DNA from: Vulcanimicrobiota bacterium
Lineage (GTDB): Bacteria > Vulcanimicrobiota > Vulcanimicrobiia > Vulcanimicrobiales > Vulcanimicrobiaceae
NCBI GenBank assembly: GCA_963786105.1
Contig: CAWAXX010000003.1
Span: forward strand, 1 to 64,000
DNA: 64,000 nucleotides
Direction: 5' to 3'
Part shown: positions 29,347 to 39,221 of the stretch, piece by piece
Numbering within the stretch: the first letter of the stretch is position 1
Layout: each line of letters starts with the position of its first letter
Notes under the pieces: model-generated
What the model saw: only the letters and a program-made list of their open reading frames with translations
Told to the model about the DNA's origin: nothing
Databases searched by the model: none
Position numbers and translations under genes: made by a program

Positions 29347-30144
29347 ATGATCGATACAAATGCGCTGGGCGCCTCGATCGAAAAAGCCGACGTCGCCGGA
29401 ATGCGCGCGTGCGTCGCCTCGGCACAACTGGTCGCGAAAAATCTCGACGCTCGAAGCATCGACATACTTGGAGGGATCGCTCCGTTCGTCGGAGTTTCGT
29501 CGCCACTCTCGGAGGCTTGCGGACTCGGCATCGCCGGCGAGGTACGGCCGGAAGATATCGAGCGGCTCACCGGATTTTACGAGGAACGTGGAACGCCGCC
29601 GCGCGTCCTCGTTAGCCCGCTCGCAAGCATGACGTTATCGCGCCTTCTGGCCTCGGCCGGCTATCGGCCGGTCGAGAACCAAAACGTGCTCGCCTGCGAG
29701 ATCGGCGCAGTCGATTGTCAACGCGACGACCGCGTCGTCGAAAGCTGCGACGCTAGATCGTGGGGCCGAGCGTCCGCAACCGGCTTTACCGATCCGCCCG
29801 AGTGCGTGCCAAGCGAGGATGCCGTTCTGGTCGGCACGATCATCGCGTCGGTCCCTTCGGTCACGATCCTCGAGGCTTGCATAAACGGCACGACGGTCGC
29901 AACGGCCGCGATGGACGTGCAGGGCGATCTCGCCGGCTTATTTGCCGGCTCGACGGTCGTCGCGGGGCGGAAACGGGGTTGGCACGCGGCTCTGATTCGC
30001 GACCGGCTCGCACGCGCTCGCGAACGCGGGGCTCGATTCGCTCGAACGGCGGCCGGCGTCGGGAGCGCGTCCGAACGAAACTTCCGCCGCGCCGGATTTC
30101 AGGTGCTTTACACGCGAACGGTTTGGGAGCGTTCTTTAAGGTAG
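29347..30144 (+). CDS. GNAT-like acetyltransferase
   Basis: C-terminal RKRGWHAALI..RL, SERNFRRAGF acetyl-CoA-binding-like motifs. Confidence 0.8.
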   Translation: MIDTNALGASIEKADVAGMRACVASAQLVAKNLDARSIDILGGIAPFVGVSSPLSEACGLGIAGEVRPEDIERLTGFYEERGTPPRVLVSPLASMTLSRLLASAGYRPVENQNVLACEIGAVDCQRDDRVVESCDARSWGRASATGFTDPPECVPSEDAVLVGTIIASVPSVTILEACINGTTVATAAMDVQGDLAGLFAGSTVVAGRKRGWHAALIRDRLARARERGARFARTAAGVGSASERNFRRAGFQVLYTRTVWERSLR

Positions 30145-30214
30145 AGACGCGCAGCGGCACGACGCCATGCACGTTGCTCGGGCGCAATCGCAAACAATTG
30201 TCAAAGGCAGTCGT

Positions 30215-30371
30215 GATTGTCGACAACGGCACCGGCATTAACGATGTCGCGGCCAACGAGGTTCGGACCCCGCACACGCAGAGCTACTTCCCGACGCCGG
30301 GCAACAACGTCGGAATCGGTGGAGCGCTGCAGCCGTTCAATTTCTTTATCACGGCGCGGATAAAGGTCTAA
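30215..30371 (+). pseudogene. Orphan 3-prime gene fragment, possibly an outer-membrane (TonB-receptor-like) C-terminus
   Basis: Protein-like tail ...YFPTPGNNVGIGGALQPFNFFITARIKV ending in an amphipathic beta strand, followed by a terminator, no credible start. Confidence 0.4.
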
Positions 30372-30389
30372 CGGTGGCAGCGACGATCG

Positions 30390-30431
30390 TTACAGCGGGC
30401 CTGGCGTCGCCGAGCCCGCTGTAATCTTTTT
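30390..30431 (+). terminator. Intrinsic terminator between convergent units
   Basis: ttacagcgggc/gcccgctgtaa stem then T-run. Confidence 0.75.
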
Positions 30432-30480
30432 ATCCTTTTTCAAGCACGCGCCCGCTGCGTGTGGCAACATAGTCGTACAT
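30430..30480 (-). CDS. Candidate 16-aa small ORF MYDYVATRSGRVLEKG
   Basis: GAGGAGG SD overlapping upstream TGA, 6 nt before ATG. Confidence 0.4.
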   Translation of the reverse strand: MYDYVATRSGRVLEKG

Positions 30481-30491
30481 GAAAACCCTCC

Positions 30492-31820
30492 TCAGGTAGT
30501 CATGTCGCAAAACCCCCGAGTCCAATGCCGGGGGCTTTGCGTTTGCTCGCGCACGTCGTCGACGAACGGCTCTACTCGGAACGCAGCGTACCAGTTTTCT
30601 CTGTTCTCCGCACTCTGGCGCAAATGGTGAAGTGCGTGACTATACCGCTTGCGTCCGATTTCGGCGAGTGCGAAACACAAAGCGGGAACGAACTGCCGCT
30701 GCGAAAGCCTCCGCAGACGCTCCAAAGAAGCTTCGGCATTCGATACGTCCCCCGACCGGAAGCGTGCGTACAACGCGTAGGCCTCGGCTATGAAGCGAGC
30801 GTCGACTTCGCCCACCGAAAACGGCTCGTATGCAGACAGTCGAACGGCATCGAACTCTGTCAATGCGCGCGCGACGTCGCCTGCGAGGTAGAGCGCTTGC
30901 CCGAGACAAGTTCGCGCGAAGGCTGCGTGCGGCGCGCCGGCGCACGCCGCGGTGAGTTCCACAATGGCCGCCGCATAGTCCCTTTGACGCAAAAGCGCGA
31001 TGCCGCGATAAGCGCGTACGAAGTCCGACCCGTCGGTCTCGCGGCCGCATTCGTCGATCGCCGAATATGCCTCGGCGAACCGCCCCCCGAGAATGAGCGT
31101 CCACGCTTTGAGTTCGGGCGCGGCGCGGTCCCCAGGAGCGAGCGAGATCGCCCGCTGGATCGGCACGAGCGCGCCGGCAAAATCCCAATCGTAATACAGC
31201 CGTATTTTGGCTCGTGCGAGCAACGCATCCGGGCAGTCCGCATCGACCGCGAGCGCGGCGTCGCTTTGTTCGCGGGCAAACTCCAACAGCGGTTTTGGAA
31301 GGTCGCGGAGGTTATCGGCGATCAGACAGCGGCACAGTGCGGCGCCTCCCAATGCGGCCGCATTTGCTCCGTCGATCGTCAGCGCGCGTTGATAAAGATC
31401 GAGCGCACCGCGAAGCGCCGTTCCGCTGCGCGAGTCCCGAAACTCCCGGGCAGCAGCGCACAGTTCCTCCACGAGCGTCTGCGTTAAGAAGGACGGCCCC
31501 GGCGAGACGGCACCAACGAATCGATAGCCCTTGCCATAATCCGTCACGACGTACCGGGGGTCGCGGATGCGGTCGCCCAGGGCGCGACGCACCATCAGGA
31601 CGTGCTGCCGCAGCGTCGCGTCGTTCGCCTCTTCGTTATCCGGCCAAAGCGCGCCCATCAGCCGGTCGATCGTCACCGTTTGACCGGCCGATTCCAACAG
31701 GATCATTAGGAGATCGAAAGCCTTCGGCGTCAACGCGACCGTGGAACCGCCGCGCACGAGGCGGCGCTGATTGCAATCGATCGAAAACGGCCCGAAGTAA
31801 TAGCATTGGGGAACCTCCAT
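30492..31820 (-). CDS. OmpR/CadC-type winged-helix regulator with TPR repeats
   Basis: FGPF..LTPKAFDLL..LWP..LRQHVLMVRRALG..TDYGKGYRF; helical TPR-like repeats. Confidence 0.9.
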   Translation of the reverse strand: MEVPQCYYFGPFSIDCNQRRLVRGGSTVALTPKAFDLLMILLESAGQTVTIDRLMGALWPDNEEANDATLRQHVLMVRRALGDRIRDPRYVVTDYGKGYRFVGAVSPGPSFLTQTLVEELCAAAREFRDSRSGTALRGALDLYQRALTIDGANAAALGGAALCRCLIADNLRDLPKPLLEFAREQSDAALAVDADCPDALLARAKIRLYYDWDFAGALVPIQRAISLAPGDRAAPELKAWTLILGGRFAEAYSAIDECGRETDGSDFVRAYRGIALLRQRDYAAAIVELTAACAGAPHAAFARTCLGQALYLAGDVARALTEFDAVRLSAYEPFSVGEVDARFIAEAYALYARFRSGDVSNAEASLERLRRLSQRQFVPALCFALAEIGRKRYSHALHHLRQSAENRENWYAAFRVEPFVDDVREQTQSPRHWTRGFCDMTT

Positions 31821-31915
31821 CGCGGGCATCATCGGTCGATGCAAGCAGGCAGTGCGAGAGCTCCCATGCATGCTAAAACGAAGCAGGCGCTACAATGTGA
31901 CCGAAATCTGCCATC

Positions 31916-32455
31916 TTAAAAGGGACGGCCTCGTCTTAAACCCGCCGAGGTGGTCGGAGTCGAGCTCGGAAGGCTCTTCCACCGCCGCTGCGGCACCACG
32001 TCGCTCCAATGCCGGCGGTCACGCGATAGTTCGTCGCGTATCGCTGCGAGCACCGCGAGCTTGAACGCCGAGCCGACCGCCAAAGGCGCCGAGGCATCCC
32101 GGGCGGCCGTCTCGGTCTGTCCGCGAGGACAACGTAGGAAAGGGTTCCGCCGGCAGGTTTCGCCGCGCGCAATGCGCCGTCGAGAGACGATGCCTGCAAG
32201 CGGGCGCCTTGAAAACGGGCCGTCGATCTTTCCCTCGGCGTCCAAGTGGATCAGTACCTCATCGGTGCCTTTGTCGAAATGCACGGTATCATCGCCGAGC
32301 GTTCGGTCGATGCTCCGATAGGCGCCGAGCGTCATTTCGAGTTTGCGCGACGATCGCGTCGACCCGAGCGGCCGGCACGAGCAAAAGAAACGAAGCGCTA
32401 AAGACCGTGGGGTCGGCGCCCACGCTTCGCAGGATAGAATCGACGCGATCGCGCG
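31916..32455 (-). pseudogene. Frameshifted, truncated serine hydrolase (class A beta-lactamase-like)
   Basis: LAVGSAFKLAVL SxxK motif; coding sense changes frame three times; ends after WKSLPS. Confidence 0.75.
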
Positions 32456-32463
32456 AGGATCTC

Positions 32464-33861
32464 CTATTCGGTATCGGGCGGCCGTCGATCGAGTGGTTGA
32501 TGCAAGAAGAACTGTCGATCGAGGCTCGACTGGATCGGCTTGAAGTGCCGCGGCGGTTGCGAAAAATCGAAGCAGTCCGCTTCGGGCGAAGTCGCGCGCG
32601 AGTCGCTCGCGGTCAAACGCGGCAGCCCGAACTGGTCCTCGATGAACCGTAGAATACTACCGTGCTCGTACTGAACGTGCGAGACGTACTTTTGCTTCGC
32701 GTATGGCGAAATGACGATCAAAGGCAGCCGCATGCCGAGACCGTCGTAGTCCGCGTAGGGCGGCGGGACGTGATCGTACCATCCGCCGTAGTCGTCCCAC
32801 ATGATGAAGATCGCGGTAGACTTCCAAAACTTGGATTTGCCGATCGCGTTGACCAGCGACGTCACCCAGGCCGGCCCCGTGTTCGAACCGCAGCCTGCAT
32901 GGTCCGAATTTTCGCAAGTCGGCGTGATCCAGGTTACGGTCCGCAGGTTACTGTTAACGTCGGTTAGGAATTTCGACTGGGGAGCGATGATGTCGGTGTT
33001 CCAGTCGGGACCTTGATAAATGTGTTTGACGGCCTGATACGCGCTCCAAAGATTGCCGTCACCGTTGAGACTCGCCGTGTAGAATCCCCACGAACGCCGG
33101 GCGGTATCGAGTTCGTCGCCGAGTGTCGGGTAATCGAAACAGGGGCGAATGGAGCCGCCGTACTCACGCGGCGGATTCACCGTGACCGTTCCGATCTTCT
33201 CGCTCGGGCCGCCGTCGCAGCCCCACGGACCGTCCGGATAGTCAACCGCGGAACCGGCTTGACCCGCGATGATGTACTGATGCGAGATGAAGCTGCTGGC
33301 GTCGAAGTTCGACGCGAACATGCGATCGGCCACCACGTATTGGTTGCCCATTTCGAAGTACGGTTTCGACTCGGTCTTCGGCACGTAGCTGTATTGCGGA
33401 TTCGTATTGGGACATGGCGGATAGAAGCGATGCCCGCACCCCACGTATTCCCGGTCGAAACCGTCCATTTTGCAGTTCGTGCCGGGGATGCTGCCCTGGC
33501 CGTCACATGCGGTGAAGAATGCTCCGGAACTGTGATCGATATCCCAACTCGTTTCGAGACCGACCGGTTGGAGCTTCACCTTTTGACCGGTGCTCGTGTA
33601 GCCGTACGGTTTGGTATCGGCACCCGGAAAGCCCTGAAGCAAATTATCGAAGCTGCGATTCTCTTGAACGATGATGACGACGTGTTGGATTTTTCCGCTG
33701 GCCTTGGAGCGGAAACTGCCGAAGGTTGCGGCGCGTTGCGCCGGTGCGATCGGCGGATTCGCCGAAGATGATAACCCGCTGCTATTTCCACCACAGGACG
33801 CGAGAAAAAGCGTCATCGCTGTGGCGGAAAGCACGCGCTCGGAATATCCGAAGCATCGCAT
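32464..33861 (-). CDS. Phosphoesterase/phospholipase C family lipoprotein (paralog 3)
   Basis: Lipobox LASC; QENRSFDN, WDDYGGWYDHV. Confidence 0.9.
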   Translation of the reverse strand: MRCFGYSERVLSATAMTLFLASCGGNSSGLSSSANPPIAPAQRAATFGSFRSKASGKIQHVVIIVQENRSFDNLLQGFPGADTKPYGYTSTGQKVKLQPVGLETSWDIDHSSGAFFTACDGQGSIPGTNCKMDGFDREYVGCGHRFYPPCPNTNPQYSYVPKTESKPYFEMGNQYVVADRMFASNFDASSFISHQYIIAGQAGSAVDYPDGPWGCDGGPSEKIGTVTVNPPREYGGSIRPCFDYPTLGDELDTARRSWGFYTASLNGDGNLWSAYQAVKHIYQGPDWNTDIIAPQSKFLTDVNSNLRTVTWITPTCENSDHAGCGSNTGPAWVTSLVNAIGKSKFWKSTAIFIMWDDYGGWYDHVPPPYADYDGLGMRLPLIVISPYAKQKYVSHVQYEHGSILRFIEDQFGLPRLTASDSRATSPEADCFDFSQPPRHFKPIQSSLDRQFFLHQPLDRRPPDTE

Positions 33862-33988
33862 AGTGCGTTCTCCTAAAAAATACGGGATGAAGTAGCACTA
33901 CGTACGACGATGCCGATGAAAATCCCCGACCGCGGGCTTGCATCGGAGACCGCGCGTTTTCATGAATGCGATGACGTGAGTTATCTTT

Positions 33989-36421
33989 TTATTCGCGCAC
34001 CGTCAGAACGAAGTGTATCGCAGCCGGCAGCACGTTGAGTTGATCGGTCGGCAGATTTGCCAAGTACGAGGTGCCGCCGGGGCCCGCGTATAGCCCCCGA
34101 TACGGGACGCCCGCGCCGTAGTAGGTAAACGGTCCGGAAACGCTATTGAACACGTTCGTTGCCGCAACCGTAAAGTCGATTCGGCCAAAGTTCTTGCCGA
34201 CGGCGACGTCCGTCAACGTATACGGGGCTTGGTTTAGAGGATTGTTTCGCCCGCTGAACGTCAGCGCGGTCGCCGCGTGCCACCCGTTTTCTGCCCAGGC
34301 CAACGCCGCCGAACCCTGCTGTTGCGGAACGCCCAAGAACTGCTCCTCGCCGACCAAGCTTCCGCCCGACGTAGGGTTCGAAACGTTGGGCCCGAGTGAG
34401 AACGGATACGCGACGTTCAGTCCGTACGAGAGCACGAGAGAGAGATTCTGGCGCGGAAAACGCTGCTTGAACCGGACTTCGGCGCCTTCGTAGACCGCAT
34501 TGCCGATATTGATCGGGATTTCGTACTGGTAGCCAAGCTTGCTACTGCAGGCACCGAACGGATAGAAGTTCTCGATGGTGTCGCGCAGGTTCGAGCGGTA
34601 CAGCGACACGTCGAGGTTGGATTGGTTCGAGAAGAGATGTGAAAAGCCGAGCTCGTATTCGGTCGCGTGCTCGGGTTTTTCGTTCGGATTTCCCTGGCCG
34701 GCAACCACGCAGTTCTGGTCGGGCGGCGGGAGGCCGGGATTGGGCTCCGGCTTCCCATTCACGATCACCGGCGGAAAATAGTACTGTTCGATCAACAACG
34801 GAGCGCGAAAGCCGGTGCCGGCCGACGCTCGAATCACGCTCGACGGTCCGATATCGTAACTCGCACCGAGCCGCCAGTTGAGCGTGTTTCCGAACGACGA
34901 GTAGTTCGCATCGTACAGGCCGCCGGAAAGGCGCAGATTGCTTCCGATCTGCTGGGCTCCGCGCACGAAATACGAGTTGATGCTTTGGGCGAGCGTACTG
35001 GTGACGCCCGCTCCCGTCAACGATTCTTGACGCGCGTATCCGCCGAACGCAAACTCCCCGTCGTCGAAGGTGCGCCCCCACGACAGGCCTTCGTTGTAAC
35101 GCTTATCCAAGTGCGCGACATCGTACGGCGACGTTGCGCCCGATCCGCCCGAAATGTCGACGTTGTTGTCGTCGGCGTAGAAGTCCGCCAGCACCGAGCC
35201 GGAGCCCAATACCGACCTAGAATAGGTATCGTACGCTCGAATGCTCTGCGCGAAAATGGCGTTACCGGTGCCGACGTGGTGGCCGAGCATAGGATTCGGC
35301 GCGTTTGTGAATCCACTCGGACACGGCGGAGCACTGGCATCGGTGGGATCGCATGGCTGCAACGGGTTGCCGGCGATGCCGTTGACCGCGCTGCTCTCGT
35401 CGCGGAAGTTACCGAGCGTAAAAACGCGCACGCCGGCGTCTGCTCGCTGAGAGAAATTGTAATCCAGATTCACTAACCCAAGACGCGCATTGACCGTCGA
35501 TCCGAGGTGCGTGAGAACCGGGCAGTTCTGCGGCTGCTTCGCCGCCGATGCGATCGAACCGCAGTTCTTGGATGCGACGTTGTTGGAAGGATAGACCCAC
35601 GCGTACTGATCGACTTGACCGGCTTGCTGGTAGTTATTGCCTGCCACTGCGTATCCGAGCTTGCCGACGGTCCCGGTAGCGTTGAGCCACGCCTGCGACG
35701 TGCCGTACGATCCCAACGAGCCGGAAAAATTGAAGTGCTCCTGCAGCGTAGGGCGCAGCGACACCAAATTCACGGCACCGCCGAACGTGTTGCTGCCCTC
35801 GCTGTCGGCAGGACCGAGCCCCTCGGTGACGTTGACGCTGTTGAAAGCCGGAACCGCGAACTGCGACAGATCGAGATCGCCGGTGTTTCCGTCGTTGAGC
35901 GTTTGTCCGTCGAGGGTGACGAGGGCCTCGGACGGATCCGGCCCCCTCAGCGATACGACGGCCGGGGCGGTCGGCGCACCGGCGTCGGGGCGTTGGATCA
36001 CGACGGACGGTACTTGCTGCAATCCTTCCAGCACGCTGTCGTAACCGAGAGCGTCCATCTGCACGCGCGATACGTCCATTTCGGGAATGACGTTGCGCAC
36101 GAGCGCGAAACCGCCGTTCACCCGCACCTCACCGATCGTTCGAAGCTTCGGTGAATCCACCGGCTCGAGCACGATGTCGACGCGCGTATCGGCACTGACA
36201 TCGCCGGTGGCCGCCTGCACCGGCACGTAGCCGCGGGCTACCGCCGTAATCGTGTACCGCCCGGGCGGCACGGAGACGGAGAAGTCTCCTTTGGGATCGC
36301 TGCTCGTCTCAATGCGCTTGGTTCCGTCGATCACGAGCTGCGCGCGAGCGATGGGGGCTCCTGAGGGAGTATGGACGTTACCGCCGATCAGGCAGCACGC
36401 GGCGATCAGCAAACCGTGCAC
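33989..36421 (-). CDS. TonB-dependent receptor
   Basis: N-terminal carboxypeptidase-regulatory-like domain, plug (SLRG..LDG..FGGAVNL), GTGFRAP, beta-barrel strands. Confidence 0.88.
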   Translation of the reverse strand: MHGLLIAACCLIGGNVHTPSGAPIARAQLVIDGTKRIETSSDPKGDFSVSVPPGRYTITAVARGYVPVQAATGDVSADTRVDIVLEPVDSPKLRTIGEVRVNGGFALVRNVIPEMDVSRVQMDALGYDSVLEGLQQVPSVVIQRPDAGAPTAPAVVSLRGPDPSEALVTLDGQTLNDGNTGDLDLSQFAVPAFNSVNVTEGLGPADSEGSNTFGGAVNLVSLRPTLQEHFNFSGSLGSYGTSQAWLNATGTVGKLGYAVAGNNYQQAGQVDQYAWVYPSNNVASKNCGSIASAAKQPQNCPVLTHLGSTVNARLGLVNLDYNFSQRADAGVRVFTLGNFRDESSAVNGIAGNPLQPCDPTDASAPPCPSGFTNAPNPMLGHHVGTGNAIFAQSIRAYDTYSRSVLGSGSVLADFYADDNNVDISGGSGATSPYDVAHLDKRYNEGLSWGRTFDDGEFAFGGYARQESLTGAGVTSTLAQSINSYFVRGAQQIGSNLRLSGGLYDANYSSFGNTLNWRLGASYDIGPSSVIRASAGTGFRAPLLIEQYYFPPVIVNGKPEPNPGLPPPDQNCVVAGQGNPNEKPEHATEYELGFSHLFSNQSNLDVSLYRSNLRDTIENFYPFGACSSKLGYQYEIPINIGNAVYEGAEVRFKQRFPRQNLSLVLSYGLNVAYPFSLGPNVSNPTSGGSLVGEEQFLGVPQQQGSAALAWAENGWHAATALTFSGRNNPLNQAPYTLTDVAVGKNFGRIDFTVAATNVFNSVSGPFTYYGAGVPYRGLYAGPGGTSYLANLPTDQLNVLPAAIHFVLTVRE

Positions 36422-36489
36422 GGTCCGCCCTCATTCGCCCGAAGGGTACGGGCAAGCCTTTCGGCTGGTAAGGCAACGCCCCGCGGTGA

Positions 36490-36759
36490 TTACTCGGTGA
36501 AAACCTCGTCGACGTAGCACCAGTACCAGCTTTCCCCCGGCTGGAACGAACGGATCACGGGGTGGTGCGTCGCGCGGAAATGCTTGGTCGCGTGCTTGTT
36601 CGGCGAGGAGTCGCAGCAGCCGACGTGCCCGCACGTCACGCACAAGCGCAGGTGCACCCAAGCGTCGCCGGTTTTCAAGCACTCTTCGCAGCCTTGCGGT
36701 GTGCGCGGCGCCGGGTTGCCCGCACTCGCAATGTGTTCGCACGTCTGAGCGGCGTTCAT
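36490..36759 (-). CDS. UBP-type zinc finger protein
   Basis: CEEC..WVHLRLCVTCGHVGCCDSSPNKHATKH. Confidence 0.92.
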   Translation of the reverse strand: MNAAQTCEHIASAGNPAPRTPQGCEECLKTGDAWVHLRLCVTCGHVGCCDSSPNKHATKHFRATHHPVIRSFQPGESWYWCYVDEVFTE

Positions 36760-37490
36760 GACGACGCGATCTCGGGAAGATCCCACAGCACGATTTCGCC
36801 GCGCCCCTTCGTCGCGACCCGGGCGACGTCGTACGTGCGAACGGCGTCGCCGGTCTGCAAGCGCTCGCCGTTGACCTCGACGCTGCCGGCGGCAACGAAG
36901 AGAAATCCGTAACGCTGCGGAGCGAATTCATAGGCGAGTTCCGCGTCTTCGAGACGCGTCACGGCGAATGTTGCATGCTGCGTGATGCGGATGGGCGCGT
37001 CGACGTGGTCTTCGCCGCTGACGATTCGCAGCCAGCGGTTCCGGCGGTCGTCCTGCGCGAAATCCATTTGCCCGTACGATGGCGGCTGGCCCACTTTACC
37101 CGGCAGCACCCACATTTGAACGAGGTGCAGCGCTACGTCGGGTTTGTTGTTATACTCGCTATGGGTGACCCCGGTGCCCGCGCTCATGAACTGGACGCCG
37201 CCGCTTCCCACAACCCCGTGGTTGCCCATGCTGTCGCGATGCGCGAGTTCGCCGCTCAAAACGTACGTGACGATTTCCATATCGCGATGCGGGTGCGCGG
37301 GGAAACCGCTGCCGCCCGCAATATCGTCGTCGTTGAAGACGCGCAGCGCGCCCCAGTGGAGATTGTTCGGATCCTGGTACTCGGCGAAGCTAAAGGAATG
37401 ATACGTCTTTAGCCAGCCGTGATCGAAATACGCGCGCTCGCCGGAACGCTGGATCGCAAAGACGGGTACGACCGCCGTTTGAGCCTTCAT
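36756..37490 (-). CDS. Pirin family protein (YhhW-like)
   Basis: HSFSFA, LRVFNDD, HPHRDMEI, HSE. Confidence 0.93.
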   Translation of the reverse strand: MKAQTAVVPVFAIQRSGERAYFDHGWLKTYHSFSFAEYQDPNNLHWGALRVFNDDDIAGGSGFPAHPHRDMEIVTYVLSGELAHRDSMGNHGVVGSGGVQFMSAGTGVTHSEYNNKPDVALHLVQMWVLPGKVGQPPSYGQMDFAQDDRRNRWLRIVSGEDHVDAPIRITQHATFAVTRLEDAELAYEFAPQRYGFLFVAAGSVEVNGERLQTGDAVRTYDVARVATKGRGEIVLWDLPEIASS

Positions 37491-38413
37491 GTCTCGTTCG
37501 ACCTGCCCCGGGCGGAACGAGTTGCGCCCTGGCGGGTTTCCAGGCGGCTCAGCAGCAGGTGGAAGTAGAGCATCCCGCGCGTAGGGCCGAGCGTCGACAG
37601 CACGGCATCGAGATCGACGCTCCCGCCGGCGGCGAGCGCTACGCTACGGGCAACGCCTGAATCGCGTAGCGGGAAGGCGTCGAGCCGCCCGAGACCGCGC
37701 AGGAGGACGACGGCCGCGCTCCACGGGCCGATCCCGCGCACTCCTACCAGCACCTCTGCGGCTTGCGGCGTGGATAGCGTCTCGAGGTGGCTTTCACGAA
37801 TCGTGCCGTCGCCGAGTGCCGTCGCAATCGAACGCAAATGGGCAACTTTGTTGCGCGACAAACCAGCCGCATGCAGGGCGGATTCGCCGGCGGCGAGCCA
37901 ACGCAAAGGGTCCGGAAAAACGCAGGCGCAAACCTCGCCCGACCTCACCTCTTCGGCGAGCAGTCCCACCAGACGGCGCATGATTGCGGCACCGGCGTGG
38001 ATGGAAATTTGTTGAAAGACGACCGCGTGGGCGCACGCTTCCCACAGCGTCGGATAACGCGGCGGTTTAACCCCGGCGAACTTCCTCGCCAGCGGGCGCA
38101 GCCAGCCGATCTTCGTGCTGCGGAGGTACCACGAACGAAGATCCACCCGCGCGCCGAGCATTTTTTCAACCAAAGGAAGCCAGCGTTCGCCGTCGCGCCC
38201 GGTAGCCCGAACCTCGACCGCGTCCGCTCCGCGCGCCCGTACGTTGAGCAATGCAACCCCGCGATCGTCGCGCGCCGCGCGGTAAAACGTTCCATCCTCG
38301 GCGACGACGTCGACCGCGTTGGAGGCAAGCCGACGAAGCACGTCGACGGTCAGATCGAGACGAAACGGCGCAAGAACGGGGAGGCGCATCCAGGCACCGA
38401 AGCGGAGATTCAA
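37487..38413 (-). CDS. DNA-3-methyladenine glycosylase II (AlkA family)
   Basis: QQIS, GLSRNK, HhH VRGIGPWSA, FPLRD; start uncertain. Confidence 0.85.
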   Translation of the reverse strand: MNLRFGAWMRLPVLAPFRLDLTVDVLRRLASNAVDVVAEDGTFYRAARDDRGVALLNVRARGADAVEVRATGRDGERWLPLVEKMLGARVDLRSWYLRSTKIGWLRPLARKFAGVKPPRYPTLWEACAHAVVFQQISIHAGAAIMRRLVGLLAEEVRSGEVCACVFPDPLRWLAAGESALHAAGLSRNKVAHLRSIATALGDGTIRESHLETLSTPQAAEVLVGVRGIGPWSAAVVLLRGLGRLDAFPLRDSGVARSVALAAGGSVDLDAVLSTLGPTRGMLYFHLLLSRLETRQGATRSARGRSNET

Positions 38414-38423
38414 TGCGAGAACC

Positions 38424-39221
38424 GTGTCACTAGCCGCTTACCTGCAATATTGGCGCATCAACGTGCTGACGATGCTCGAGTATCGCGCCAACTTCGTCAT
38501 GTGGTTTTTCTTTACCATCATGTACCACGGCGTGGCCCTCGGCGCGCTGTACGTCACCATGCGGCAGTTCCCGTCGATGAACGGCTGGGATTTTCGCCAG
38601 ATGTTTTTCCTGTATGCGCTCTGGATGACCGGCCACGAACTCCACAGCACGCTCTTCTTCACCATCGTCAGCGTACCGGATTACATTCGCGAAGGCCGCT
38701 TCGACCGCTTCCTCGTTCGACCCCTCGACACGCTTTTCCAAGTGCTCACCGTACCGCAGCAAATCGTGCCCGACGGGCTGGTCCTCGCGATCGTCACGCT
38801 GGTGGTGGCCACCGCCACGGCGGGCGTAAGGGTCGATTGGGTTTTCATCGTTTTCGTGCCGTTGATCGCGATGGGCGGCGCGCTCATCGACCTTGGAATT
38901 TCACTGGTGGTCGCGACCGTTTCGTTTTGGTTTATCCGCGTCGACACGCTGCGCTGGGTCGTCATGTCGCTCGAACAAGATTTCACTCGGTATCCGATCA
39001 GCATTTACACGCGCGGAATGCGCATCATTCTTGCGTTCGTCTTGCCGTTTGCCTTCATGAACTATTTTCCGGCTACCTATTTTCTGCAAAAGACCGACGT
39101 CGGGTTGAATTTGAACCCCTCCGTCGGACTCTTGACGCCGGCGGTCGGGCTGGCGTGGGTGACCGTCGCCTATGCTTTTTGGCGCGTGGGGTTGCGGCAC
39201 TATCAGGGGACCGGGTCGTGA
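38424..39221 (+). CDS. ABC-2 family permease (second DUF990-like subunit)
   Basis: LEYRANF, GRFDRFLVRP, YPISIY, LRHYQGTGS. Confidence 0.9.
   Translation: MSLAAYLQYWRINVLTMLEYRANFVMWFFFTIMYHGVALGALYVTMRQFPSMNGWDFRQMFFLYALWMTGHELHSTLFFTIVSVPDYIREGRFDRFLVRPLDTLFQVLTVPQQIVPDGLVLAIVTLVVATATAGVRVDWVFIVFVPLIAMGGALIDLGISLVVATVSFWFIRVDTLRWVVMSLEQDFTRYPISIYTRGMRIILAFVLPFAFMNYFPATYFLQKTDVGLNLNPSVGLLTPAVGLAWVTVAYAFWRVGLRHYQGTGS

Noticed and set aside
36422..36489. Riboswitch before the TonB receptor (GAAA and UUCG mini-hairpins)
   Set aside because: 68 nt with stems of only 2-4 bp and no B12 or TPP consensus; better explained as promoter plus SD
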